Shown: one piece after another, positions 15,001 to 20,637 of the stretch
Layout: each line of letters starts with the position of its first letter
Position numbering within the stretch: position 1 is the stretch's first letter
The notes under the pieces: generated by a model
The model's database searches: none
What the model was told of the DNA's origin: nothing
The model's input: only the letters and a program-made list of their open reading frames with translations
Program-made: the position numbers and the translations under genes
Source: an uncultured candidatus Porisulfidus sp.
Lineage (GTDB): Bacteria > Pseudomonadota > Gammaproteobacteria > Poriferisulfidales > Oxydemutatoraceae
Length of the DNA: 64,000 nucleotides
Direction of reading: 5' to 3'
NCBI GenBank assembly: GCA_965215125.1
Contig: OZ244052.1
Coordinates: 160,001 to 224,000, forward strand

Positions 15001-17279
15001 TTGTTGATCAGAGTGCCTTTGTTAACCCCGACCAAGCCACCGACGGTGCCGACGGTGCCTGCCACGCTACCGCTCAATACATCGACATTACTGACGATAC
15101 CTTCGTTGACGGCAACCAAGCTACCGACCTGTATCCTGCCCGTGACATTGACCTGCAATAATCTCATTTCGTTGATCGTTGCCGACGGTGCGGTGTTCGC
15201 AAACAAGGCGACATTGTCTACCGGACGGTTGATATACAGGTTGGAAATCGTATAACCATTTGCTTCAAAATAGCCGGAAAAAGCAGACGGACTTATGCCG
15301 ATCGGTAGCCAACCCAAGCCCTCGGTCCAGGCACGGTTTATACTGCCCGAGCGATAGCTGTTCGGATCGTTGAAGTCTAAACTCCTGCTAAGCTCGTAGC
15401 CTCGACATAAACCGCCGTCGTTGCCGTCTTCGTCGCAACCTCCGGTGTGTAATGGTGCGGTGCGGCTCGCTCTTTGCCCCCTGCCACCCAAAGAATATCG
15501 GATCTCGTCCAGAGCTTCTAAATGGCAGATTTCTATTAAGCCGTCATCGTCGGCATCGACATCAAAGGCATAATTACAATCGGGCTCTGTGATGGCAACC
15601 GACGCAGAACTGGGAGTCCTTAGAGTATAGAATGCACCTCCCTGTGGAGAACCTATGCTCAGATCGACTTGCCCGGAGACCGAACTGTCGCCGACACCGA
15701 CAGCGTTGATAGGGATTCTTTGCGTAATCCGGGTGCTGCCGGCAGGAATGACGACCGTCCTGGTACCTTCGTCTGCCGAGTCTATAAAATCATGACTTGC
15801 GTCCGTCGTGCGCTCTTCAACGACCAAAGTAAGCGATGTGTTGCGATCCACGGCTGCAGCAATCTCCATCCCAAATATGATGTTTCCACCTTTGTAGGCT
15901 ATGCGGGGGGCATCGATGTATGCTTGAGGGTCGTCGTTGCGAACCGGAAGTATAATCTCGTGCGGGGTGCTTAAGACATAGGCACCGGGCGACGGTATGA
16001 TTTCTGTGCGGATACCGAGTGCGGTATCAATTTGGTTGTTGTTAATGGTTCTAATTGTGAAAGTTCTACTTAACGAGGTCTGCGTTGTAGAAAAATTGGA
16101 AAATGAAATTATGTGCTCTTGTCTCTCATCAAACGACGATAAAAAATCACCACCCGGCATATCGTGAACCCTGAGTCTTAGCCTGGTAAGCGGGGGCAAC
16201 GGCCTGGGTGTCGTCATCTCGTCGAGTGCGAAACTTTCCAGAAATAGCCTAAATATTGCCTGATCGCCTTCGTTTATTTCCGATTGCTCGGTGGTGATTC
16301 GCGCACGAACCAAATCATTTTCCAAAACATCAACCCGAGCGGCACAAGCACTGCGATCCACACCGTCGGGCAGTCTATCTTGCATAGGTGTTATGCTAAA
16401 TGATTCGGTATACTCCGCTTCCTCATCGTCCATTATTGCGATACTCAATGCAGAAGAAGTCGTCCCGGCGAAAAGCGTGAGATAAGGCGGGCCTGTGTAT
16501 TGCGCCCGATAATCTACACCATCGGTGGCTTGACGGGTGCCGGTTCCTGCGTAGCTAAAATATACGCTACTGTCTCTCGGCAGTGCTCTGGGAGTATTGT
16601 CCGGACCTTCAATATGCAAACCCGCTAGTGTAGACCCCGACTCGTTGACCTCATACCTATCCCGATCAAAACAAAGTACATACTCGTCGTCTAGTATCGT
16701 TATCTGAATACTATCGGCATTCGGGTCGGCTCCGGCACCTTGTTCGAAAAACTCTTCGGTACCGGTTGCTATAATGTCCGAGTCTATAGCAACCGTGAAT
16801 ATCTCATCTCTTTCATGTATATTGTCGTCATTCAAAACCAATTCTAAATCGGCTACCTGCGTACCGGTGCCGGTAAAGCTCACTTTATATTCGCCTACAT
16901 CGGCTTCAACATCTTCACCGCTAACTTTTGATACGCTCACACGAGTAGTGGGGTCGGGAATGACTATGGCAAACGGGGCTAAATCGTCATTGGTTATAGA
17001 ACCGAAGTTAGTCGTAGTAATCCGGTCAATACGAAGATTGACCTCCACACGCTCGCCGGTTTTGAGAGGGCGACTTAAGCGGAGCGTGTGATTGACGCGA
17101 CTCGCGGTGGTCTGGTAAGTGATCAGCCCGTTTCTTGCTCTGGTCTCGGTTTGAACATTACTTTCGTGGACAATGGTCGGAGTGGTGCCGGCAGTCAAAG
17201 AAACCGTGAGCTGCCGAGCAAATGCATCGCCGGCTAATAGTACTATTATCGCAATAAAAATGTGCAAAAGATTATTCAA
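1..17279 (-). CDS. Giant secreted modular adhesin-like protein, >5,750 aa, 3' end outside the window. Signal peptide, Calx-beta-like N-terminal domains, at least 9 GLUG/beta-helix modules separated by cadherin-like/Ig spacers
   Basis: Manual translation. TTG at 17279 with AGGAG nearby gives MNNLLHIFIAIIVLLAGDAFA-RQLTV. The same frame reads DVDADDDGLIEICHLE near 15550, VAKLDNGTGSLTTPTYVE near 12500 and DWDFGTNTQYPTLKY at 36-80. The track lists no ORF in this frame, as expected if there is no stop inside the window. Motifs match the 7,236-aa ORF. Confidence 0.88.
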   Translation of the reverse strand, partial: MNNLLHIFIAIIVLLAGDAFARQLTVSLTAGTTPTIVHESNVQTETRARNGLITYQTTASRVNHTLRLSRPLKTGERVEVNLRIDRITTTNFGSITNDDLAPFAIVIPDPTTRVSVSKVSGEDVEADVGEYKVSFTGTGTQVADLELVLNDDNIHERDEIFTVAIDSDIIATGTEEFFEQGAGADPNADSIQITILDDEYVLCFDRDRYEVNESGSTLAGLHIEGPDNTPRALPRDSSVYFSYAGTGTRQATDGVDYRAQYTGPPYLTLFAGTTSSALSIAIMDDEEAEYTESFSITPMQDRLPDGVDRSACAARVDVLENDLVRARITTEQSEINEGDQAIFRLFLESFALDEMTTPRPLPPLTRLRLRVHDMPGGDFLSSFDERQEHIISFSNFSTTQTSLSRTFTIRTINNNQIDTALGIRTEIIPSPGAYVLSTPHEIILPVRNDDPQAYIDAPRIAYKGGNIIFGMEIAAAVDRNTSLTLVVEERTTDASHDFIDSADEGTRTVVIPAGSTRITQRIPINAVGVGDSSVSGQVDLSIGSPQGGAFYTLRTPSSASVAITEPDCNYAFDVDADDDGLIEICHLEALDEIRYSLGGRGQRASRTAPLHTGGCDEDGNDGGLCRGYELSRSLDFNDPNSYRSGSINRAWTEGLGWLPIGISPSAFSGYFEANGYTISNLYINRPVDNVALFANTAPSATINEMRLLQVNVTGRIQVGSLVAVNEGIVSNVDVLSGSVAGTVGTVGGLVGVNKGTLINNNILLQTISAGITERRCRNNRQSNDCAEAEQIATVVRHGDTVGGLIGDNDGSVSDNFVSTDVLGASRVGGLIGFNSSRLLVDNESRGKVYGNDYAGGLVAYTISSIIGNESYSDVLVAGDYAGGLVGYACSRKIGTRECALEADIDVAESVSRIAETSAYGEVIGGNYIGGLVGFGDVAIADGSASGDVSGVSNIGGLVGHGSGVVTDGTVDGSEISGDNRVGGLVGFYIGERIAESAATDITVSGDSNIGGLVGILGDIAANPTTSTVRVRVIVDGFTDGRVVGNTDVGGLIGRAATARIIGSTATASVIATGSNAARVGGLVGHIEDTEITDSRASGNVTGEATHAGGLVGFSDTGTINDNDAVGDVAGAYNVGGLVGSAEDTVLRRNNAGGDVSGTAHSVGGLAGRLYRSDLAVNHATGSVIGDNSTDPAVDNDVYNVGGLIGTAVATTISQSYAVNPRVSGVDNVGGLIGETTGTTISQSYAAGTQVSGTDKVGGLIGVKHGGTANICYAQNSVRGTDRVGGLIGENRGAIGTAYAAGQVMANGSDVGGLIGSSNSGIILNSYWDITATGIDSSAGGIGFADLRLPTAPGVRESEAFYQWRTEDWDFGADSEYPALKDSAGNIPSQQLVRMQNIAVDGFTLIPAFDPNIYNYYVVVGNTPTTISLDVAASDSDARFVVAEVGDIGSAIAITGSNDNVSINLNAAPAPTNLVIARGYSVQIIRSLTASVRLDLPGKRVEEGRSFSITVTDFPDFVPLSHTWSQNSPLQYDLFANAVGGEPTLEIPTDFVPPSQMQIVLSFSVTVSDGFGNTAVASDNFVVAKLDNGTGSLTTPTYVEGTSLLQSLAASEITTLDPDGEAPDAAKGLAYQWQSDRTGSWTNINGATDAMFDIGAHAAPPARYRLQVAYIDGQGYDNILTSTPLPVADKDRNGLIEIYHLEDLNAVRHQLDGSAYRASRTASRITGGCPDGGCFGYELSRDLDFEDDDSYRNPAINKAAYTVSDFQDGNDVGWSAIAGGPFTGTFEGNGYTLHNLQINIFNLNFASRDRGLFLNNSGVIRNLRIATLEIAGISGFIGDSGGLAVVNSGKVINCHVQGQIGEINSFVGSSIGGLVGHNRGGEIINSSAFMDITHFLFNFRNDSRYGILVGRMSEGGLIINSYAIGKIRASFYRTGGLVGGIVNSRIINSYAVADIDNFLHRSSRTGTLVGGSQTSRIVNSYASGSGFSLVVNDPASLIGGLVGRQHFNSIIRNSYSTARVASADNTGFRGGLIASSADGSSVESSYWDTLASGQTTSAGGTGKNTQEMQRGTAQDRNAGGVYFGWSPDDWDFGTARQYPVLKYAPHPDSDAEPICDAPGMPECGTLISPSLRHGLGSLSVVGGNLRTPFIGGDYLGEVEVAGGVNEIRLIASAYEADADIDIYAADGKTLLQSGLANGEPSILLTFTEVRGAFLPPTLRLMIVVRGSRVTRQFVTLNRAVITPPAPPPSAIVSCPSSFTRINYIEDLDAIRNHPLNLAGNYCLTRDLDFEDDASYRHLPNKAQYTVDFNDPDDTGWEPISTGEIFTGTFDGNGFTISNLQTRKNGLFFRAGAGAIVRNLGLTDVDIRVPQTFPPGVLVNINEGTILGCYVTGTMSFSSSGLASAGGLVLENLGLIANSYAVVNMTAVEGGALINQRASIGGLVARNAARLTGDIINSYAIGTISHQPTQRSFSFLGGLVGSNGADNINRNVGTISNSYASVQINGADSNIVAGGLVGFNITTIRNSYATGPITTAGVASIGGLAGQNVIESGSREEGIIINSYSTGAVPQSTESSRRGGLIANEFDESMFELGTTVNSYWDSESSGQSSSPGGGTATTTAELQSGTPQTTDSTAPYYRWSTDNWDFRENDRYPRLRYAQTSGTDVIRVCDGAGLPDCGSVIPSSMAALELSDGVAVNSPLIFDGKRNFNAVLSGVGPDHKIRFIGKSEDLNTQFRISGDGGRTWTARFGGGETSEEIELAGGVNHLVVEITPFVPLSRQYGYNLYLTYRLPQEIYYLEELNNIRNNLSGNYRLLRNLDFEDDASYRNPANRETWTVDDFSDSGDIGWQPIGGAFNGVFDGGGYTIRNLQINRDNISRVGLFNTIGTGGTVRNLILGNIRVEAHRTAVLWAGGLAGDNNGTILNSGIIGGKVEGDGSASGQPNFIGGLVGRNNGAGVNIGDIYNSFVVDTVVGVITGTNPDSHNVGGLVGRNINGGEVHNSYAEVVARGYCHVGGLVGNQFTSNRSNADTISTIRNSYADVTLTALSGTCRIDGARAKLVGFNNASDIINSYARGTPAGTGLIGSSVGTFDITRSYWDAGTSSQGGISRTSAQLRSPIGPNATSPELYTNWSTADWDFGTNTQYPILKHSTGRNGNACGTLVTPDCDTPIALQRRYRLTDLELVGADTLSPAFDPDSPRYVGTVTDGDGDGVIRLTTTMTSVGTIAKIYIGSDEVRLGDNLASGETSAPITLSGESIRIVVEVALDVIGVAGFRYTLDLNLAQPLPIDIRYLEDLAAINDDSDSLSRNYRLTRHLDFSDSSSYRSAIVNRDWLVDEAEIGAHLGWHGIGQVYYDTDTGELRDCSHEESRCFTGTFDGNGYTISNMQIGADLTVRGAPDFDNRIALFGAIAQGAVVRNLGLLNAKIQAEQNLDAPQSAAGLVQINYGTIIGSYVTGNFIAGNVRAAGLVADNYGEIINSHAAVIAAEDTRSFAALASNNSGLILNSYAGTIVNPEVVDAGNAIGGLVADNASEILNSYAELNLTLSSRRNFVGGLAASQAVGSLIENTYTSGLISTVGSTDIVGGIVAVSTRSTVQNSYTISEIVGNIAGVRGGIKGSASPANRVISTYALGDADNNPGLGIGSGGTIIHSSTQTSMQLKAGVAQNTAPDAAYYNWNNDNWDFGTAEQYPILRYVQSTGTDVMRACDGDGLPKCGNPIAPQIRYGLQDLTLAGDDVLSPPFTDRTRKNFGSYLGVIRAERGTIRLIPTAYDPDAEINIYRVDGRGRTAIGGAIGSGDVGASISLQPDAINHIVVEINPSIAAQPTVEYPLYLQYEPRIVVTIDSLEDLYAIRNNLDGSYKLSRNLDFLNDASYETPANKAAWTVDDFDDTGDSGWLPIGDTDNPFDGIFDGNGFVISNLQINRDDADEQGLFGRISHGSFVRNLGLNGVKIQGRNRVAALVGENRGRIRNSYAVGEVSAADTVGGLVGAHPGVGWIINSHSVVDVSGISKVGGLVGASDASVIGSYAIGSVSGQSFVGGFVGVQTKGGIYNSYASGNVIAVAGDDNQAIGGFVGLKEAAGEIDSSYAAGSVNGNGADATGGLVGRLFGSDTIRASYSIAAVSGRRVSAVGGLVGAGSGTVLYSYWDVGTSGQAMSARGSARTTLELQLPTDATGIYINWSADNWDFGSNAQYPTLKYAQPAGTGSVRICDGEGLPRCGDLISPQLRQNLLQNITSVNAELSPAFNADLGYYRATVSSADNPRLVVTVSDPAAEIRFYLVGSEGRTQVGGVYRSGATSAPITLNPAAVNHVIVEIKPSAVNATTIEYSLYLRYLNFARIVWLEDLDAVRTRLDANYILVRDLDFAADTSYRNPALKAFWTVADFADSDDSGWIPIGDATTPFSGTFDGNGYTISGLRINNDGATDKGLFGIIDASAVVRNLGILDARIEDRNGDFSLRRGVGILAGTNDGTIIGSHTHGTVRGATNKSGFVGINFGEIINNHALAYVSHALAGRGYSGGLSAINTGLILNSHFVGELRHEGGSNLGTGALAGLSSGKIRNSYATLNLYATGQSGGLVGIVGELENSYVAGVYRGGSSGLSSGNLVGITTTTSPIIADSYSVMTGDRAAASLVGTLSGTLARSYSNSDGSSLPIVATTQSAAHILNSFAVNTANLQAGEAQTSNPEAPYYDWNSDDWDFGDDNQYPVLKYSQNPDVDGDGTQACGGAGLPVCGTPIARRALSALRSSNNRVRFNPSFDFRYRNYAGVVESGRSTIRLVAVATNSAARIRFISFDAQGNETGRSRSMIGSATSDEIRLSENNATGVAIEVITPGSEGSPGGVDQYKLSLNYKNIPADSDGNPYALVSTLEDLDAIRNNPSGSYLLIRHLDFSNDASYANPTLNKAEWTVANFDRTSDSGWTPIGDATTPFTGEFNGDGYTISGLQINRNADNQGLFGTIGGDGTVRNLGLLAVNIKAAANVGALAGSNAGAVIGSYAVGEITAGGSNVGGLFGVTPQGSDRSEVINSHAGIYIEALGSGLSSYGGLVGSAAGSIAIINSRAYGEISGGIANAGGLIGSRRSDSDTVRTTIANSYAAVAIRADSYAGGLMGAAANTSIVNSYAMGSIDVAEIGFVVPGGGFAGFITGTTIGNSYAISGVSGSGVFVGGFVGLAGLLTENGITASYWDRQSSGQSQSFGSGSGLVGLNTIDLQSPTAPGASSPDVYIGWSTDNWNFGTAEQYPVLKYAQSTGTDVMRACGGDGLPNCGSLIEAQLRHGLSDVRLAEGGLTPSFREGNHKYHGSYFGEVYGSPVRLIPTAMQAGATVNIYVGTVKDKRGNPDQSITSGATSAPIAIAEGVNRIVLEVVGTPTVEHPLYIRYQSELSDRDGNGFTEIYNLDELYAIRNELGGKYELLRNLDFGDVESYALKEINRDWAVADFNDATDTGWTPIGNSSTPFSGEFNGNGYTISGLRINRDGEDNQGLFGSIGSGATVRNLSLPNVRIEGNNRVGAMAGNNAGTVVGGSMVGAISGGDEVGGLVGNNSGAVFNSDAAGTTFAANRVGGLVGDNSGQIINSHTDVAVSVAADTAGGMVGRCSGCTISNSFALGSVTGVGTAADTIGGFAGRLEGIFNVDNNYARGDVRGGNTANGNGNGGFFSYADIESIARLNANYSVGATAAGFGGNNINVISTVSGTAPNYWNDDTDGTGDTSLASLNAGKRTTEQLQTPISNTGIYANWSIADWDFGTNTQYPTLKYTQNPDRNGQRI

Positions 17280-17361
17280 CGCTCCTAAAGGGATATTGAC
17301 CTTCCCCCATTTTCAGGGCCAAAACTTAAATGAGATCTGTATTATAAGTCACCTCTGTGCC

Positions 17362-17574
17362 TTATGCTAATAAAATCTTAAATAAAGCTAGATTTCCAAG
17401 CTCGCATTCCAATATGGGTTGGTTATTCTCGTTCAGTGGCAATTTAGACAAAATCCTATGTTGTTGCCTAAATTGAAGTCTTGCAACTAAAAAACCAGCC
17501 TCATAATGCGCCTTTAAGCGACGATCTCTAGTCGAGATGACCTCTACTAGCTGCTGATTTTTAGCTCGTTTCAT
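17362..17574 (-). CDS. Small hypothetical ORF (70 aa) inside the IS, possible passenger gene
   Basis: ATG-started ORF between the orfB stop and the terminal IR, same strand as the transposase. No recognisable motif. Confidence 0.35.
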   Translation of the reverse strand: MKRAKNQQLVEVISTRDRRLKAHYEAGFLVARLQFRQQHRILSKLPLNENNQPILECELGNLALFKILLA

Positions 17575-17595
17575 AACTACTAAACAAGCCTTACG

Positions 17596-18414
17596 CTACG
17601 CAACACGTGTGGCGAATGCTACCGGGGTCATATAATCTAATGAGCTATGCGGGCGTTCATGGTTATAGTGGTATCGCCACTGTTCAATAATATGACGCAC
17701 TTCCTGAAGGCTGCGGAACCAGTGCTGGTTAAGGCAATTGTCTCTAAACTTACCGTTCAGGCTTTCCACCAAAGCATTCTGGGTCGGTTTACCCGGTTGA
17801 ATAAAGTATAGTTCCACGCCGCTATCTTGCGACCAGACCTGCATCTTTTTACTAGTGAACTCCGGCCCGTTGTCGCAGACGATGCTTTGCGGACAACCTC
17901 GCTCGGCGATGAGTTGCTCTAAACATCTCACCACTTGCCCACTGCTAATCGAAAAACCAGCGAATTGACCGATCAGTTCGCGACTGTAATCGTCCATCAC
18001 ATTGAATATCCTAAACGACCTGCCGTCGCTTAACCGATCATGCACAAAGTCCATTGACCAGCGACAATTCACCTGTTCAGGCAATGCCTGCCGTTGCCTC
18101 GTGCGGATGAGCTTCTTGCGCAGTCTTTTGGGTACTTGCAGTCTCGCTTCTTTGTAGATGCGGTGAACCCGTTTTTTATTCACTACAAAGCCTGCCTCTC
18201 GTAGCAAACGGTAGAGTAGCAAATAGCCATAGCGTGGATACTTGCTTGCCAACTCGCACAAGCGACTTCTAATCTCTGCATCACAACGCGGCTGTGCTTG
18301 ATAGTGATAACTACTACGGCTGATCCCGACCAGCTCGCAACTGCGCCTCTCACTCAAACTCCAATGAGTATTCAGCTCTGCAACAACGCTTCTTTTGCTT
18401 GCCGGGGTCACCAC
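17596..18414 (-). CDS. IS3-family transposase OrfB (DDE integrase core); fused to OrfA by -1 frameshift
   Basis: Motifs WSMDFVHD, SIVCDNGPEF, PGKPTQNALVESLNGKFRD, YNHERPHSSL. A6G slippery site at 18414-18420. Confidence 0.95.
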   Translation of the reverse strand: MVTPASKRSVVAELNTHWSLSERRSCELVGISRSSYHYQAQPRCDAEIRSRLCELASKYPRYGYLLLYRLLREAGFVVNKKRVHRIYKEARLQVPKRLRKKLIRTRQRQALPEQVNCRWSMDFVHDRLSDGRSFRIFNVMDDYSRELIGQFAGFSISSGQVVRCLEQLIAERGCPQSIVCDNGPEFTSKKMQVWSQDSGVELYFIQPGKPTQNALVESLNGKFRDNCLNQHWFRSLQEVRHIIEQWRYHYNHERPHSSLDYMTPVAFATRVA

Positions 18415-18671
18415 TTTTTTGATAGCACATCCTTGAGGGCGGTGATTTCTAATAGTTGCTCGCCGAGTAGTTTCTTGAGTCGGTTATTCTCCGATACAAG
18501 GTTCTTTAATCGCTTGGCATCATTGACTTCTAACCCGGCATATTTGCTACGCCAGTTGTAAAAGGTGCCATGCGCTATACCGAGTTCTCGGCAAATGTCC
18601 TCTGTGCTGCGACCTGCCTCGTGCGATTTGATCGCACCGATAATTTGCTCTTCTGTATATCGTTTATTCAT
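18408..18671 (-). CDS. IS3-family transposase OrfA (HTH)
   Basis: KRYTEEQIIGAIK...ICRELGIAHGTFYNWRSKY...ENNRLKKLL...LSKKW. Confidence 0.95.
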   Translation of the reverse strand: MNKRYTEEQIIGAIKSHEAGRSTEDICRELGIAHGTFYNWRSKYAGLEVNDAKRLKNLVSENNRLKKLLGEQLLEITALKDVLSKKW

Positions 18672-18867
18672 TTTGAAACCTCCTGTTGTTTACTAATTTA
18701 ACTGGAAATCTCATCTTTGTCATGGCCCAGTTTTGGGGGGTAAGGTCAATATAACTTATACAATTATCGTGTGATTATAACATTTTTCTATAGTTCCCGA
18801 AAATCACTTAGCTTTAATTCTGCAGTAGAGAAACTTAAATAGCCGAGTCTCGTATCACACATGCATT

Positions 18868-19037
18868 AGGAGGGGAATGGACCACCCCGTCAGGCGAAGC
18901 CTGCCACCCCTCCAGAGGAGGGGAATGGACCACCCCGGCAGGCGAAGCCTGCCACCCCTCCAGAGGAGGGGAATGGACCACCCCGTCAGGCGAAGCCTGC
19001 CACCCCTCCAGAGGAGGGGAATGGACCACCCCGGCAG
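18868..19037. repeat. Tandem array of ~3.5 copies of a 48-bp REP-like unit
   Basis: Unit AGGAGGGGAATGGACCACCCCG(T/G)CAGGCGAAGCCTGCCACCCCTCCAG starts at 18868, 18916, 18964 and 19012. Contains the CCCCTCC-nnn-GGAGGGG palindrome. Confidence 0.92.
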
Positions 19038-19152
19038 CTGAAAAAGCCTTATCTTTCCTACACTCTATACACTTCGTCGGTTATTTGGTGCATTTAATCG
19101 TTTTGTGCTTCGGCGCATATATTCGGCGTTTTATGCTGTATGCAGGTGATTT

Positions 19153-20637
19153 ATGAATATCCATAGAAACAATATCGGGGTGGAAATATCTCCGTCGGTG
19201 TTGCGGGTTGCGAGCCTGCTCCGCGGCAAAGGCGTATTGCATTTAACGGCAACCGGTGAGGTGCGATTGCCTTATCGCGATTTCGACGATTTGTACAAAC
19301 ACCCCGAAGAGTGTGGCAGCGCACTGAACGATTTATGTACACGAAGCGGTATACAATCCGGCTACGCTATTACGACATTACCGGCATCGCATGCTAAATC
19401 AAAATGTGTCGCACTACCATTGATGAGCCGGCGGGCATTGTCGCGTAGGTTATCCAGCAGACACTTCTGGCATAAGCACTTGGGAGTCGGCAACGACAGT
19501 TATAGTTATGCTCGGCTGACAACGGTACACGATAAGCAACGGTATCGTTTATCGATCTATCTGATGGCGGCACCCAACATCACACTTGCTTTCTATAAGG
19601 CAGTGTTTGCGCACACGCAGCTATCGCTCGATGTATTGACACTTTCCTCATTGACATATTACGGCGTACAATACGAGCAACCCGTCGCTCGTCTGTTGGT
19701 CCTCAACGAATACGAGGCGTATCTGGCACACTTCGGGACAAATGTCTTCTCGCATCGGACGATATTGTCCGACTACGACCATAAAAATCTATGCGCATCG
19801 TCCGCCACCGAAATAGCTTGCGACGATAAGCGAGTAGCTACCGCTTTGCAACATTTATCCGAGTCTCTGCACGAGCGTTTGCGTAGCGAGCAAGGCGACA
19901 ACCATACCGTACATCTAATCGCTAATTTGAACCGACAAACAATCACACGATTAGAAACCCGGAGCTTGAACGATATCGTATTAAAGCCTTTGGATATCAC
20001 CGAGAACATCGAGCGGTCGGCACGAGTAAAAAATAATGATGCCACGATGTCGGCACCGATTGCGTTGGCGCATTGGCTGGTATCGCACCCTGCGACTTTC
20101 AAAACACAAGCCAACTTCATTCACAATCACCGTAATGTGTATTACAAAAGTGCCGCTTGCTGGATACTTTCAACGATTATCTCGGCGATACTATTCTTTC
20201 ATTATCAGCATATAGTCGCTTTGGATGCCGCACAGCATTCTCAACTGCTATACCAAGCACAATTATCGGCACGACAAAACGAATATAAAAACAACATCAA
20301 TGCGCTAAGGCAACGCATTGAACGACAACGACAAATGCGGACACAGATGCAATTTTTATCCGAGCGGCATCATTCGGCGATGATCTTATGGACACGCATG
20401 GGTGCCGTCATCCCTCAATCCATCAAGATAGAAAGCATAGATTGCCGATGGCAAAACAGCTGTTTGATAACCGCCGCCACAGACGATTACGGACAACTTA
20501 TACACTTTGTAGAGCAGCTGGAGCAACTGGATATGATCCACGAGGTCTCTGTAGACAGTAGTCAAACAATGCAAGAACATCCTAGTGCAATGCAATTCAC
20601 GCTCACCTGCAAGCTCAATAACGGAATAGATGAATGA
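19153..20637 (+). CDS. Fused PilM (actin-like) / PilN protein, GspL-like architecture
   Basis: N-terminus IGVEISPSVLRV resembles the first PilM strand. TM segment around aa 335-350, then coiled coil. PilN-like C-terminus (GAVIPQSIKIESI...ITAATDDYGQLIHFVEQLE). First gene upstream of the pilO/P/Q-like genes. Confidence 0.7.
   Translation: MNIHRNNIGVEISPSVLRVASLLRGKGVLHLTATGEVRLPYRDFDDLYKHPEECGSALNDLCTRSGIQSGYAITTLPASHAKSKCVALPLMSRRALSRRLSSRHFWHKHLGVGNDSYSYARLTTVHDKQRYRLSIYLMAAPNITLAFYKAVFAHTQLSLDVLTLSSLTYYGVQYEQPVARLLVLNEYEAYLAHFGTNVFSHRTILSDYDHKNLCASSATEIACDDKRVATALQHLSESLHERLRSEQGDNHTVHLIANLNRQTITRLETRSLNDIVLKPLDITENIERSARVKNNDATMSAPIALAHWLVSHPATFKTQANFIHNHRNVYYKSAACWILSTIISAILFFHYQHIVALDAAQHSQLLYQAQLSARQNEYKNNINALRQRIERQRQMRTQMQFLSERHHSAMILWTRMGAVIPQSIKIESIDCRWQNSCLITAATDDYGQLIHFVEQLEQLDMIHEVSVDSSQTMQEHPSAMQFTLTCKLNNGIDE

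Larger units (their letters stand above)
17297..18748 (-). mobile_element. Complete IS3-family insertion sequence (IS407-like), 1,452 bp
   Basis: Imperfect terminal IRs TGACCTTCCCCCATTTTCAGGGCCA (from 17297) and TGACCTTACCCCCCAAAACTGGGCCA (minus strand from 18748). Direct repeat ATAT at 17293-17296 and 18749-18752. orfA/orfB inside. Confidence 0.93.

Noticed and set aside
30-17370. Dozens of 60-175 aa ORFs in the track, mostly on the plus strand
   Set aside because: They are antisense or off-frame shadows of the giant minus-strand gene. The PTKPP-type motifs mirror its GGLVG codons.
18868-19037. Possible CRISPR array, or the 64-aa repeat ORF at 18835-19029
   Set aside because: The units are essentially identical with no unique spacers and no cas genes. 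The ORF is just the translated 48-bp repeat.
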